From: Deltaproteobacteria bacterium
Lineage (GTDB): Bacteria > Desulfobacterota > BSN033 > UBA1163
Assembly (NCBI GenBank): GCA_016875195.1
Contig: VGRY01000036.1
Span: forward strand, 8,889-40,888
Direction: 5' to 3'
DNA: 32,000 nt
Under the pieces are notes generated by a model, which saw nothing but the letters and a program-made list of their open reading frames with translations, made no database searches and had not been told where the DNA came from. A program made the translations under genes and the position numbers. Positions 1-8,589 of this stretch are shown piece after piece (position 1 is the stretch's first letter; every line of letters starts with the position of its first letter).

Positions 1-2303
1 ATCCCAGGACCTCCCGATCCTCTGCCCTCGCCTCCAAAGCAACGGGTTTCCCCATCGCCCTTATCTCTTCAAAGTTAGCTGCCGGCTTGACTCTGGACGA
101 AATCCCTTACTGGAGAGAGGGGACGCTGGAAAAGTACACTCCATCAGGAGAATATGTGGTGGTTAAATTTGCCCGGTGGGCATTTGAGAAATTTAAGAAT
201 TCCCAAGATAAACTCGGCACCCAGATGCGCGCCGTGGGTGAAGTCATGAGTATTGGAAAAACTTACAAGGAAGCCCTTCAGAAAGCGATCCGGTCTCTTG
301 AAACCGGTCGCTATGGACTTGGCTTTGCTAAAGATTTTCATCAAAAGAGTCCTGATGAACTCATGGCCCTTTTAGCCGAACCTTCGAGTGAAAGGCAGTT
401 CATCATGTATGAGGCTCTCCGCAAAGGCGCAACCGTAGAGGACCTTTACAATAAGACCTATATAAAACCCTATTTTATAGAGCAGATGAAAGAATTGGTG
501 GAACTGGAAGAAAAGATCCTTAAGTATAAAGGCAAAACCCTCCCAGACCAATTGTTGATTAAGGCTAAGAAAGATGGCTTTGCAGACCGTTATCTCTCGA
601 AACTCCTCGGTCTCTCTGAGAAAGAGATCAGACAACGGCGCATCTCTTTGGGTGTGGTTCAGGGATGGGAATCTGTGCCAGTCAGCGGTGTCGAAAACGC
701 CGCCTATTATTTCTCAACCTATAATGCTCCGGATCAGGTAAAGGTCAGTAACAAACCAAAAATCATGATCCTGGGAGGAGGGCCAAATCGTATCGGACAG
801 GGAATTGAATTCGATTATTGCTGTGTCCATGCCGCCTTTGCACTGCGCGATCTCGGATATGAGACCATTATGGTTAACTGCAATCCGGAGACCGTTTCAA
901 CGGACTATGACACCTCCGACAAACTCTATTTTGAACCGCTTACCGTGGAGGATGTTTTAAGTATCTATGAAAAAGAAAAACCGGAAGGGATGATTGTTCA
1001 GTTCGGAGGTCAGACTCCCCTCAATCTTGCGAATGAATTGGCGGAGGCCGGAGTCAAGATTATCGGGACATCACCCGAGACGATTGACCTCGCAGAAGAT
1101 CGCGATCACTTCCGTCAGATGATGGCCAATTTAAGGATTCCAATGCCCGAATCAGGTATGGCCAGCAATCTCGAGGATGCGATTTCGGTGGCTGAGAGAA
1201 TTGGCTATCCTCTCATGGTCAGGCCGTCTTATGTCCTTGGAGGACGGGGCATGGAAGTGGTTCATGATGAGGAGATGCTCAAACAGTATGTGTCAGCGGC
1301 TGTGGGCATAACACCGGAGCGGCCGATCCTGATTGATAAATTTTTGGAAAACGCCATCGAGGCCGAGGCAGATGCCATCTCCGATGGAACGGGTGCCTTT
1401 GTCCCGGCAGTGATGGAGCATATCGAGCTCGCCGGCATCCATTCCGGAGATTCTGCCTGTGTCATCCCGCCCATTAGCATCCCGCCCAAACATTCTGAAA
1501 CCATCTATGACTATACGAAGAAGATCGCCATCAAACTCAATGTCATCGGGTTAATGAATATCCAGTATGCGATTGCCAACGATCGGGTTTATGTACTTGA
1601 AGCCAACCCCCGTGCTTCACGCACGGTTCCCATCGTTTCGAAGGTCTGCAACATTCAGATGGCACGACTCGCCACCCAGTTGATGCTCGGTAAAAAACTG
1701 GGCTCTCTCAATCTCAAACCGAAATTCATCAGACACTTCGGCGTCAAAGAATCGGTCTTCCCTTTCAATATGTTTCCCGAGGTGGACCCCGTTTTAGGCC
1801 CAGAGATGCGTTCCACCGGAGAGGTATTAGGGATGGCAGATTCCTTTGGCCTCGCTTTTTTTAAGGCAGAAGAAGCAGCCCAGCAGGTGCTTCCTTCCGA
1901 AGGGACGGTTTTAATCACGGTTTCACAAGAGGAGAGACCGGCAGTTCTCGATGTCGCTCAGGAATTTTACAGATTGGGTTTTAAAATAAGAGCAACCAAT
2001 GGCACCCACAGGTTTCTCGCAGAACACGGGATCGAATCCGAACCTATCCTCAAGATGCATGAGGGACGTCCCAACATTGTCGATGGAATTATGAACCGGG
2101 AGATTCAGCTCGTCATCAATACGCCAAGCGGTAAGCTCAGTAAGGAGGATGATTCCTATATTCGAAAGGCAGCGATCAAATATAAGATCCCTTACATCAC
2201 CACGTTAGCCGCAGCCATTGCGGCTGCCAAAGGCATTGATGCATGCCGCAGGGGAAAAGGAATCGTCCGCTCCCTCCAAAGCTACCATGCGGACATTCAT
2301 TAG
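1..2303 (+). CDS. carB: carbamoyl-phosphate synthase large subunit, C-terminal part (5' end outside window)
   Basis: Listed ORF 87..2303 stays open upstream in the same frame from nt 3 (PRTSRSSALASKATGFPIA...). Second ATP-grasp half (GGGPNRIGQGIEFDYC, YFEPLT, EANPRASRTVP) plus MGS-like tail. Confidence 0.95.
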   Translation, partial: PRTSRSSALASKATGFPIALISSKLAAGLTLDEIPYWREGTLEKYTPSGEYVVVKFARWAFEKFKNSQDKLGTQMRAVGEVMSIGKTYKEALQKAIRSLETGRYGLGFAKDFHQKSPDELMALLAEPSSERQFIMYEALRKGATVEDLYNKTYIKPYFIEQMKELVELEEKILKYKGKTLPDQLLIKAKKDGFADRYLSKLLGLSEKEIRQRRISLGVVQGWESVPVSGVENAAYYFSTYNAPDQVKVSNKPKIMILGGGPNRIGQGIEFDYCCVHAAFALRDLGYETIMVNCNPETVSTDYDTSDKLYFEPLTVEDVLSIYEKEKPEGMIVQFGGQTPLNLANELAEAGVKIIGTSPETIDLAEDRDHFRQMMANLRIPMPESGMASNLEDAISVAERIGYPLMVRPSYVLGGRGMEVVHDEEMLKQYVSAAVGITPERPILIDKFLENAIEAEADAISDGTGAFVPAVMEHIELAGIHSGDSACVIPPISIPPKHSETIYDYTKKIAIKLNVIGLMNIQYAIANDRVYVLEANPRASRTVPIVSKVCNIQMARLATQLMLGKKLGSLNLKPKFIRHFGVKESVFPFNMFPEVDPVLGPEMRSTGEVLGMADSFGLAFFKAEEAAQQVLPSEGTVLITVSQEERPAVLDVAQEFYRLGFKIRATNGTHRFLAEHGIESEPILKMHEGRPNIVDGIMNREIQLVINTPSGKLSKEDDSYIRKAAIKYKIPYITTLAAAIAAAKGIDACRRGKGIVRSLQSYHADIH

Positions 2304-2369
2304 AAAAAGGGAGGGGCACTCGGAGAGATATCTTCCAAGGGGTAAGATTGCTGATTGGTCCGTTTTACC

Positions 2370-2699
2370 TCATTGACTTAATTTTGAACTGGCAAGGCGG
2401 TTTAGACTGACTCCCGACTCGGCTGCTTGGATTGCAAGTTTTCGATGGACTTGGGGGGGAATCCGAATAATGAATTTTCCACTATAATGCCTGCAAGCGA
2501 TTGGTTCAGGTATAGCTTCATTTCCTTTTTGCATATCGTTTACAACATCATTTACTAACTTGCGGATTCCTTTGAGAGCGACTTCTGGTTTCTTGGCCAG
2601 CCAACTCAGGCTAGGAAATTCAGCACACAACCCAACATAGTCATGATCGTCTTCTGACCAAGTTACCCGATAAGTATACTTATCATTTTTCAGGGCCAT
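2370..2699 (-). CDS. hicB: HicB-family antitoxin with C-terminal RHH-like DNA-binding tail
   Basis: 109 aa. YTYRVTWSEDDHDYVGLCAEFPSLSW ... YSGKFIIRIPPQVHRKLAIQAAESGVSLN is the typical HicB pattern. Overlaps the upstream toxin gene by 17 nt. Confidence 0.8.
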   Translation of the reverse strand: MALKNDKYTYRVTWSEDDHDYVGLCAEFPSLSWLAKKPEVALKGIRKLVNDVVNDMQKGNEAIPEPIACRHYSGKFIIRIPPQVHRKLAIQAAESGVSLNRLASSKLSQ

Positions 2700-2949
2700 G
2701 ATTTACCTCCAACCGCTCGATAGCCAGCAGCACTTGCTTCACCTGGTATGCTTTGGCCTTTCCTTTATGGTTTTGAATATTGATGCGGGGATCACCCTGC
2801 CACGGGGTTTTATAAATTCGATGACTGCTCCCGCTTTGGCGGGGTTCTCCAAAAAAATGATTGCACACTTTGCACAAATCGCTAAACCGGACATTTCTGG
2901 GATTCCCCTTCATTTGTGCGAGGATATCATCTATATTAGCCATATCCAT
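2683..2949 (-). CDS. hicA: HicA-like mRNA-interferase toxin
   Basis: 88 aa. GSSHRIYKTPWQGDPRINIQNHKGKAKAYQVKQVL resembles the HicA/YcfA fold motif. Operonic with hicB. Confidence 0.7.
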   Translation of the reverse strand: MDMANIDDILAQMKGNPRNVRFSDLCKVCNHFFGEPRQSGSSHRIYKTPWQGDPRINIQNHKGKAKAYQVKQVLLAIERLEVNHGPEK

Positions 2950-3053
2950 TATAGTATCATTAATGGTATCATTGTCAAGAGCTGTTTTGGAAAATATCTT
3001 TGGAGTGATTGCCTATTGAAAACCTGCATGGGGGAACAACTCAAGCAACCCTT

Positions 3054-4061
3054 TTAAACCTTAGGAAGGTAGCCGGTTTCTCTGAGCCACTGCTCGGTCA
3101 GCTTCATTCCCTCTTCCAGAGAAAAACGGGGTTGATATTCCAGTTCTCGTTTCGCTTTCTCAATGCTAAAGTGAGATTGGCGGGTCAGGTATCTGACTGC
3201 TTCGCGCGAGATTTTGGGTGGCTTGCCCGAAAATTTTGAAGTCAATTCCATCCCTAATGCAATAATCCATGCAACTCCTTCGGGCACGGATTTAATTTTA
3301 GACTTCCCAGCCATCCGGGCATAGTATCCAAAAAACTCCTTCCACATCACGGGATTCCCATCACTGACCAAATAGGCCTGCCCTATGGATTGGTCGTTTT
3401 TCGTTGCCGCCAGTGTAGCATCGATGAGATGATCGATATAGACATAGTTGCAAAGGCCAATTCCACCATTGATGAGGATCATTTGCCCCGAATTGACCAG
3501 TTTGATGGGACGGATAGTCCATGGGTTCGAATTTGGACCATACACATTGGCGGGTTGCATGACAACAACAGGAAGCCTTCCCTCCTGATGAGATGCCCAT
3601 ACCGCCTTCTCTCCGGCGATCTTTGTGTCGCAATAGAGATTCCCGCAGGGTTGATAGGGAGTCGTTTCATCCACCTGTTCCGGTGGATTCATCCCATAGA
3701 CAGCCACACTGCTGATGTGGATCAATTTTTTAACTCCAGCCTCGCCCGAAACCTTCAGAATATTTTCCGTACCTTCCACGTTAGTGCGAAAGAACTCATT
3801 CCGGTCTCCAGTCTCACGGACAATGGCAGCACAATGAAAGACAAGATCGCATCCGTTAACGGCATTCTGTAACGAACCAAGATCGAGGAGATCGGCTTGA
3901 ACAACCTCAAGTGGAAGCTTTCGCAGTCGCTCTGCTTTCTTCACATTCCGAACCATCGCTCGAACGTGCACTCCCTCTTCAATAGCCAGCCGCCCTGCCA
4001 AACGGCCCCCAATGAAACCAGAGCTACCCGTCACCAGCGCAGAAAGTCCCCGAATCTCCAT
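3054..4061 (-). CDS. NAD-dependent epimerase/dehydratase (extended SDR family)
   Basis: 335 aa. N-terminal Rossmann motif VTGSSGFIGGRL and catalytic YxxxK (YCDTK). GGAG RBS 10 nt upstream of the ATG. Confidence 0.85.
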   Translation of the reverse strand: MEIRGLSALVTGSSGFIGGRLAGRLAIEEGVHVRAMVRNVKKAERLRKLPLEVVQADLLDLGSLQNAVNGCDLVFHCAAIVRETGDRNEFFRTNVEGTENILKVSGEAGVKKLIHISSVAVYGMNPPEQVDETTPYQPCGNLYCDTKIAGEKAVWASHQEGRLPVVVMQPANVYGPNSNPWTIRPIKLVNSGQMILINGGIGLCNYVYIDHLIDATLAATKNDQSIGQAYLVSDGNPVMWKEFFGYYARMAGKSKIKSVPEGVAWIIALGMELTSKFSGKPPKISREAVRYLTRQSHFSIEKAKRELEYQPRFSLEEGMKLTEQWLRETGYLPKV

Positions 4062-4152
4062 TGTGCTTTTCTCCAGGTAAATTATAATAATATTATTGTT
4101 TGGGTATTGAGTGGGTAACCTCCCCTTGTATCCCTCTTTTACACATCTATAT

Positions 4153-4222
4153 TAACCCCACCCAGCCTCCCCTTACATTAAGTCGTTGCGACTCGAAACC
4201 GAGGGGAGGTGGGGAGGGGTTA
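4153..4222. repeat. G/C-rich imperfect palindrome between nifS stop and epimerase start
   Basis: TAACCCCACCCAGCCTCCCC (4153-4172) is the imperfect reverse complement of GAGGGGAGGTGGGGAGGGGTTA (4201-4222). Inner mini-hairpin GTCGTTGCGAC. Confidence 0.7.
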
Positions 4223-4271
4223 CAAAGGAATGCACCCTCTCCTAAAACTGGAAGAATCGATTATTTTAAAT

Positions 4272-5453
4272 TTATTTCTTTCCTTGGCTCTTTAGGTAGT
4301 CTTTCCAGAAGGGAGAGATATCCCTCAACCTCTGAATGATGGGGGGGAGATGTTCGATGATATAGTCCATCTCCTCTTTGGTGTTATAGATGGAGAGGCT
4401 GAAACGGATGGAGCCGTGAGCGGCTGTAAACGGAACGCCCATCGCCCTTAAGACATGAGAAGGCTCGAGTGAGCCTGAAGTGCAGGCAGAACCCGATGAG
4501 GCACAGATCCCCAAATCAGAAAGAAGAAGAAGGATCGATTCTCCCTCCACATATTCAAAACTGACGCTCACCGTATTGGGAAGCCGGTTCTTCGAATCCC
4601 CATTGACCAATGTATTCGGAATCTTCTCCAGAATTTTCGATTCGAGATAATCCCTCAATGCCCGGACCCGCGTATTCTCATCTTCGAGATGCTTCTTCGC
4701 CAGTTCGCATGCTTTCCCGAGGCCGATGATATAGGGGACATTCTCCGTCCCTCCCCTTCTACCTTTTTCCTGATGGCCGCCGATCATGAAGGGAGAAAAC
4801 TTGGTTCCCTTTCGAATATAAAGAACGCCAATCCCTTTGGGGGCATGGAGTTTATGGCCGGAGATGGAAAGCAGATCCACAGTTGACTTCTTCATATGGA
4901 GTGGGATCTTTCCTGCGGCCTGGACTGCATCCGTGTGGAAGGGGATTCCATTGGACTTCACAATCTGGCCGATCTCATCAATGGGAAAGATCACTCCAGT
5001 CTCGTTGTTTGCATACATGAAGGAGACAATCACGGTATGATCTGTAATCGCTTCCTTCAATTCATCGAGATCCAATCGTCCCTCTCGATCGACAGAGATG
5101 TCTGTGGTTCGGTATCCCTTTCGGCTCAAATAGGAGGATACATTCATCACCGCAGGATGCTCCACGCGGGAGGTGATGAAATGACGTTTTTCAGGATAAG
5201 AATCCAGCGTCCCGAAGATGGCTGCATTATCGCTCTCGGTTCCGCAGCTCGTGAAGACGATCTCCGAAGGGTCCGCTCCCAAAAAATCAGCAACTTTCTC
5301 CCTCGCTTCATTCACCTGCTTTTGAACCTGTCCTCCGAAGAAATGCATGCTTGAGGGATTTCCATAAAACTCCGAGAAGTAAGGCAACATCGCTTCTAGC
5401 ACTTCGGGAGCTACTTGAGTCGTCGCATTATTATCCACGTAAACAGTCTTCAC
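4272..5453 (-). CDS. nifS: cysteine desulfurase NifS (class V aminotransferase)
   Basis: 393 aa. PLP-lysine motif SGHKLHAPKGIG and active-site loop SSGSACTS. 4-nt overlap with nifU. Confidence 0.93.
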   Translation of the reverse strand: MKTVYVDNNATTQVAPEVLEAMLPYFSEFYGNPSSMHFFGGQVQKQVNEAREKVADFLGADPSEIVFTSCGTESDNAAIFGTLDSYPEKRHFITSRVEHPAVMNVSSYLSRKGYRTTDISVDREGRLDLDELKEAITDHTVIVSFMYANNETGVIFPIDEIGQIVKSNGIPFHTDAVQAAGKIPLHMKKSTVDLLSISGHKLHAPKGIGVLYIRKGTKFSPFMIGGHQEKGRRGGTENVPYIIGLGKACELAKKHLEDENTRVRALRDYLESKILEKIPNTLVNGDSKNRLPNTVSVSFEYVEGESILLLLSDLGICASSGSACTSGSLEPSHVLRAMGVPFTAAHGSIRFSLSIYNTKEEMDYIIEHLPPIIQRLRDISPFWKDYLKSQGKK

Positions 5454-6292
5454 GGTTTGACCTCCTCCACCACAAGATCATCGCTCACAAACTCTTTCAG
5501 TTTCGATTCAACATACTGTTTCAATGTAAATTCTGAGCTGGGGCAGAAAGAGCATTTTCCCCTTAATGCGACATAGACCTTGCTCCCATCTATATCGATC
5601 AGATCGATATCTCCTCCATCTGCTTTCAACGCAGGAACGATCTCTCTTCCCAGCGTCTCTTCGATCAGTTTGATCTTCTGAATGTTCGTCAGCTTCCTCT
5701 TCTCAGGCTTGGGGGCAAGCCCTTCTTTCTCCATCTCCTTTCTCACTTGTTCGATGATGGCTTCGATCTTCGGATGGCATTGTGCACATCCGCCGCCTGC
5801 CTTCGTATAATAGGTCACCTGCTCCACGGTTTTCAGGTCGTTCTCCTGAATCGCCTTGATGATCTCTCGATCTGTCACACCAAAACATTTGCAGACGATC
5901 TCAAAATCTTCTTTGACGACCTTCTGCCCCCGATAGTTGGCAATGGCGGATTCAAGTGCTTCCCTTCCCATCACCGAGCAGTGCATCTTTTCTTCGGGAA
6001 GTCCCCCTAAGTAATTAGCAATATCTTGATTGGTGACTTTTTCTGCTTCTTCAAGCGTCATCCCTTTGATAATTTCCGTCAGGGCAGAGGATGAAGCAAT
6101 GGCGCTGGCGCAACCAAAGGTCTTAAACTTTGCCTCTTTGATTTTTTTCTGCTCATCCAGCTTAAAGCTGAGTCTCAGGGCATCCCCGCAAGCAAGAGAC
6201 CCCACTTCACCCGTCCCATCCGGGTTCTCAACTTCTCCCACATTCCTTGGATTCAAGAAGTGATCTTTAACCTTCTCTGTGTAGTCCCACAT
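5450..6292 (-). CDS. nifU: Fe-S cluster assembly scaffold NifU (full-length three-domain type)
   Basis: 280 aa. N-terminal IscU-like region (GSLACGDALRL, FKTFGCASAIASSS, KMHCSV), central BFD-like 2Fe-2S region (GGGCAQC), C-terminal NifU domain (CSFCPSS). Confidence 0.93.
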   Translation of the reverse strand: MWDYTEKVKDHFLNPRNVGEVENPDGTGEVGSLACGDALRLSFKLDEQKKIKEAKFKTFGCASAIASSSALTEIIKGMTLEEAEKVTNQDIANYLGGLPEEKMHCSVMGREALESAIANYRGQKVVKEDFEIVCKCFGVTDREIIKAIQENDLKTVEQVTYYTKAGGGCAQCHPKIEAIIEQVRKEMEKEGLAPKPEKRKLTNIQKIKLIEETLGREIVPALKADGGDIDLIDIDGSKVYVALRGKCSFCPSSEFTLKQYVESKLKEFVSDDLVVEEVKP

Positions 6293-6993
6293 AAAAAAAC
6301 CCCCAGAATTTTTTTAGAGAGCTTTAAAAAACTACTTTTCGCTCTCTGATTAACATGATTTTAAAAACAGATTTCACAGATTTTTATCAAATTTCAATAC
6401 AATCTAATCGGTGTAATCAGAGATTTCTGGTCTTTTCAGAAATCGTATTAATTATAAATTCAATTCTTTCATACCGTCAACTCTTATTCAAAATTTAAAT
6501 TGATCCTTTGTTAATATGTCTCCTCAGCAAACCCCGTTAGAAGAACTTTCCCCTTTCTAACGTGAAGGCTCACACTCCGATAGAAACAGTGCTTCGCACG
6601 GAGAAAGCAGCAGGGCTTTCTAACAGGGTAAATATAAGATAATGTTCCATTGCAGTTTTGTCACCCTCCAACAATGGAATATAGCTAAACCCCTCCTCCA
6701 TTACCCTCTCCATGCGTATGGGATATTTAACCCGCTAAGCAGATAGGATCCATTTTAAGGTAACAGAAAGGAAAATCAGACGAATATAAAAATAATTTAT
6801 ATGCATATTAATTATATCCATTAAATATGTAATTACTTTAATAAGTTATGGAATAACCATAAAAACGTACCTCGGATAATGCATAATTTAAAAATACATT
6901 AAGTCATAAATATAATTTTTTTCATTTATATATTATTTTAAAAAATTTAATAAAATCAAAGTATTATAAAATTTATTCTAAAAATGTTAACGT

Positions 6994-7009
6994 TGGCATT
7001 TAGAATGCA
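6994..7009 (+). promoter_or_regulatory. sigma-54 (-24/-12) type promoter candidate
   Basis: TGGCATTTAGAATGCA. The GG (6995-6996) and GC (7007-7008) have the canonical spacing of TGGCAC-N5-TTGCA. Lies 47 nt upstream of the ATG at 7056. Bracketed by inverted repeat GTTAACGT (6986-6993) / ACGTTAAC (7023-7030). Confidence 0.5.
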
Positions 7010-7055
7010 ATATAAAAGAGTGACGTTAACAAAAATCAAAAAGGAGGAATAAGAG

Positions 7056-7334
7056 ATGAGAACAAGAGAGATGGTAAAAACAGGAATGGTAGGAGTTTTG
7101 ATGGCACTTATTGCTACACCGGCGTTTGCTCGGACCGTTGAGTTTAAAGAGGCTGGAGCTGCACTCTGGGTCTTCGTGGCCATTGGTGCGGTGATCATTC
7201 TTCTTCAACTGATTCCAGCGGCAATCCTTTTCTTCAGCTTCATCGGGACGACAGTCTCGATGGGATTAAAGAAAGAGAGAGTTGAAGAAGAGGTCGTGGT
7301 CACTGGTATGGAGCCCGTGCCTGTAAAGAAATAA
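7056..7334 (+). CDS. small membrane/secreted protein, unknown function
   Basis: 92 aa. Strong RBS AAAGGAGGAA. Signal-like N-terminus ending AFA, then one hydrophobic helix and an acidic tail. Confidence 0.6.
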   Translation: MRTREMVKTGMVGVLMALIATPAFARTVEFKEAGAALWVFVAIGAVIILLQLIPAAILFFSFIGTTVSMGLKKERVEEEVVVTGMEPVPVKK

Positions 7335-7433
7335 GTTCAAAGGGAATTCCGAGTTTTGATAGACGGGCTACCTGTTAGATTCGACACAAATGAAACATTC
7401 ATTTCTGTCATCCCTTAGACAAAGGAGGAAGCC

Positions 7434-7655
7434 ATGAATATCAAATTGAGTGCCGCTAACATAGTGAGTATCATTATCTTGATGTGCATCCTGGCAGCCA
7501 TGGTCTCTATCGCCGTGATGCAGGTCGTACGGACGGTCGAAGACATAGGCCCAAGCATTTATGTTGTCGGGGGAGCCGTTGTCGTTGTAGGAGCAATCAT
7601 CCCCTTAATGCTCATCATCCTCGTTAAACATTTAAAGAAATATAGCCAAGAGTAG
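7434..7655 (+). CDS. small two-helix membrane protein, unknown function
   Basis: 73 aa. RBS AAGGAGGAAGCC before the ATG. Two hydrophobic segments. Confidence 0.6.
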   Translation: MNIKLSAANIVSIIILMCILAAMVSIAVMQVVRTVEDIGPSIYVVGGAVVVVGAIIPLMLIILVKHLKKYSQE

Positions 7656-7672
7656 AAAGCCTCGCTTCTTGG

Positions 7673-7700
7673 TTGACAATCTCTTATTCCCACCTATATA
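7673..7700 (+). promoter_or_regulatory. sigma-70 type promoter candidate upstream of ABC ATPase
   Basis: TTGACA (7673-7678), 16-nt spacer, TATATA (7695-7700), inside TATATATAAAA. Confidence 0.45.
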
Positions 7701-7739
7701 TAAAAAGAGTAGGGATATACCCCCTGCTCTTTTTTGTTT

Positions 7740-8426
7740 ATGGGAAAAGAACCTTTTATTGAACTTATCGAAGTTACAAAAACCTACCGCTTGGATGCCA
7801 ATGCGGTCGTCGCTCTCGATCATGTCAATCTAAGTATTGCAAGGAATGAATTCTTAGCCATCACCGGCAAAAGCGGCTGTGGAAAATCGACCCTGATCAA
7901 TATGATCGGAGGATTGGATTCGCCCGACCAGGGCAAGGTGATTATCGATGGTGAAGATCTCTCTGCGATGGACGACCGGAGTTTAACCCTATTCCGCCGA
8001 AATCGTATCGGCATCATCTTCCAATTTTTTAACCTTCTCCCCATTCTCACCCTCGAAGAAAATATCGCCCTCCCCCATCTCTTAAAAGAAGGAGCCAATT
8101 CGTTAAACGAAAAAATCGATCGCCTCCTTGTTGAAATGGACCTCACTCAGCGGAGGCATCATAAACCCCACGAACTTTCCGGTGGGGAGATGCAGAGGGT
8201 CGCCATCTGCCGCGCCCTGATCAATGATCCGGACCTGATTCTGGCTGATGAACCCACCGGTAATCTCGATTCCGTTTCCGGAAGGCAGGTTTTAGAGATT
8301 CTCCGCAGGTTGAAGGAGGAACAGGGTAAAACCATCATCCTCGTCACCCATAGCCCGGAAGGGGCAGCCATGACAGATCGGATTTTGAGAATGAAAGATG
8401 GAAGAATCATTGTGGACCAACCTTAA
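7740..8426 (+). CDS. ABC transporter ATP-binding protein (MacB/LolD-like)
   Basis: Walker A GKSGCGKST, signature LSGGEMQR, Walker B LILADEPT. The listed ORF starts at TTG 7734; the ATG at 7740 is preferred. Confidence 0.9.
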   Translation: MGKEPFIELIEVTKTYRLDANAVVALDHVNLSIARNEFLAITGKSGCGKSTLINMIGGLDSPDQGKVIIDGEDLSAMDDRSLTLFRRNRIGIIFQFFNLLPILTLEENIALPHLLKEGANSLNEKIDRLLVEMDLTQRRHHKPHELSGGEMQRVAICRALINDPDLILADEPTGNLDSVSGRQVLEILRRLKEEQGKTIILVTHSPEGAAMTDRILRMKDGRIIVDQP

Positions 8427-8434
8427 TCCCGTTA

Positions 8435-8577
8435 ATATCGAAGCACGAAACCCGAAGCTCGAAACAATATCGAATGACCAAAATCCAAAATTCAAAACAG
8501 ACAATTTAAAAGTTTAGGTCATTGTAAATTTGAAAATTCGAATTTGTTTCGAAATTCGATATTCGGATTTCGAATTT
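8435..8577. repeat. approx 140-bp imperfect palindromic element (cgaaa/ttcgaa oligomer arms), copy 1
   Basis: Left arm atcgaagcacgaaacccgaagctcgaaacaatatcgaat pairs with right arm attcgaatttgtttcgaaattcgatattcggatttcgaa. Homologous to 27336-27494 in inverse orientation (shared 22-nt cgaaacaaattcgaattttcaa). Confidence 0.85.
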
Positions 8578-8589
8578 TAGGCTCAATGG

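Noticed and set aside
4896-5354. 152-aa plus-strand ORF, and neighbours 4689-4886 and 4837-5040
   Set aside because: They are antisense to nifS, which has clear PLP and active-site motifs.
6956-7208. 80-aa and 60-aa minus-strand ORFs in the AT-rich spacer
   Set aside because: They are low-complexity translations of AT-rich DNA that overlap the sigma-54-like promoter and the well-supported 7056 gene. Neither has an RBS.
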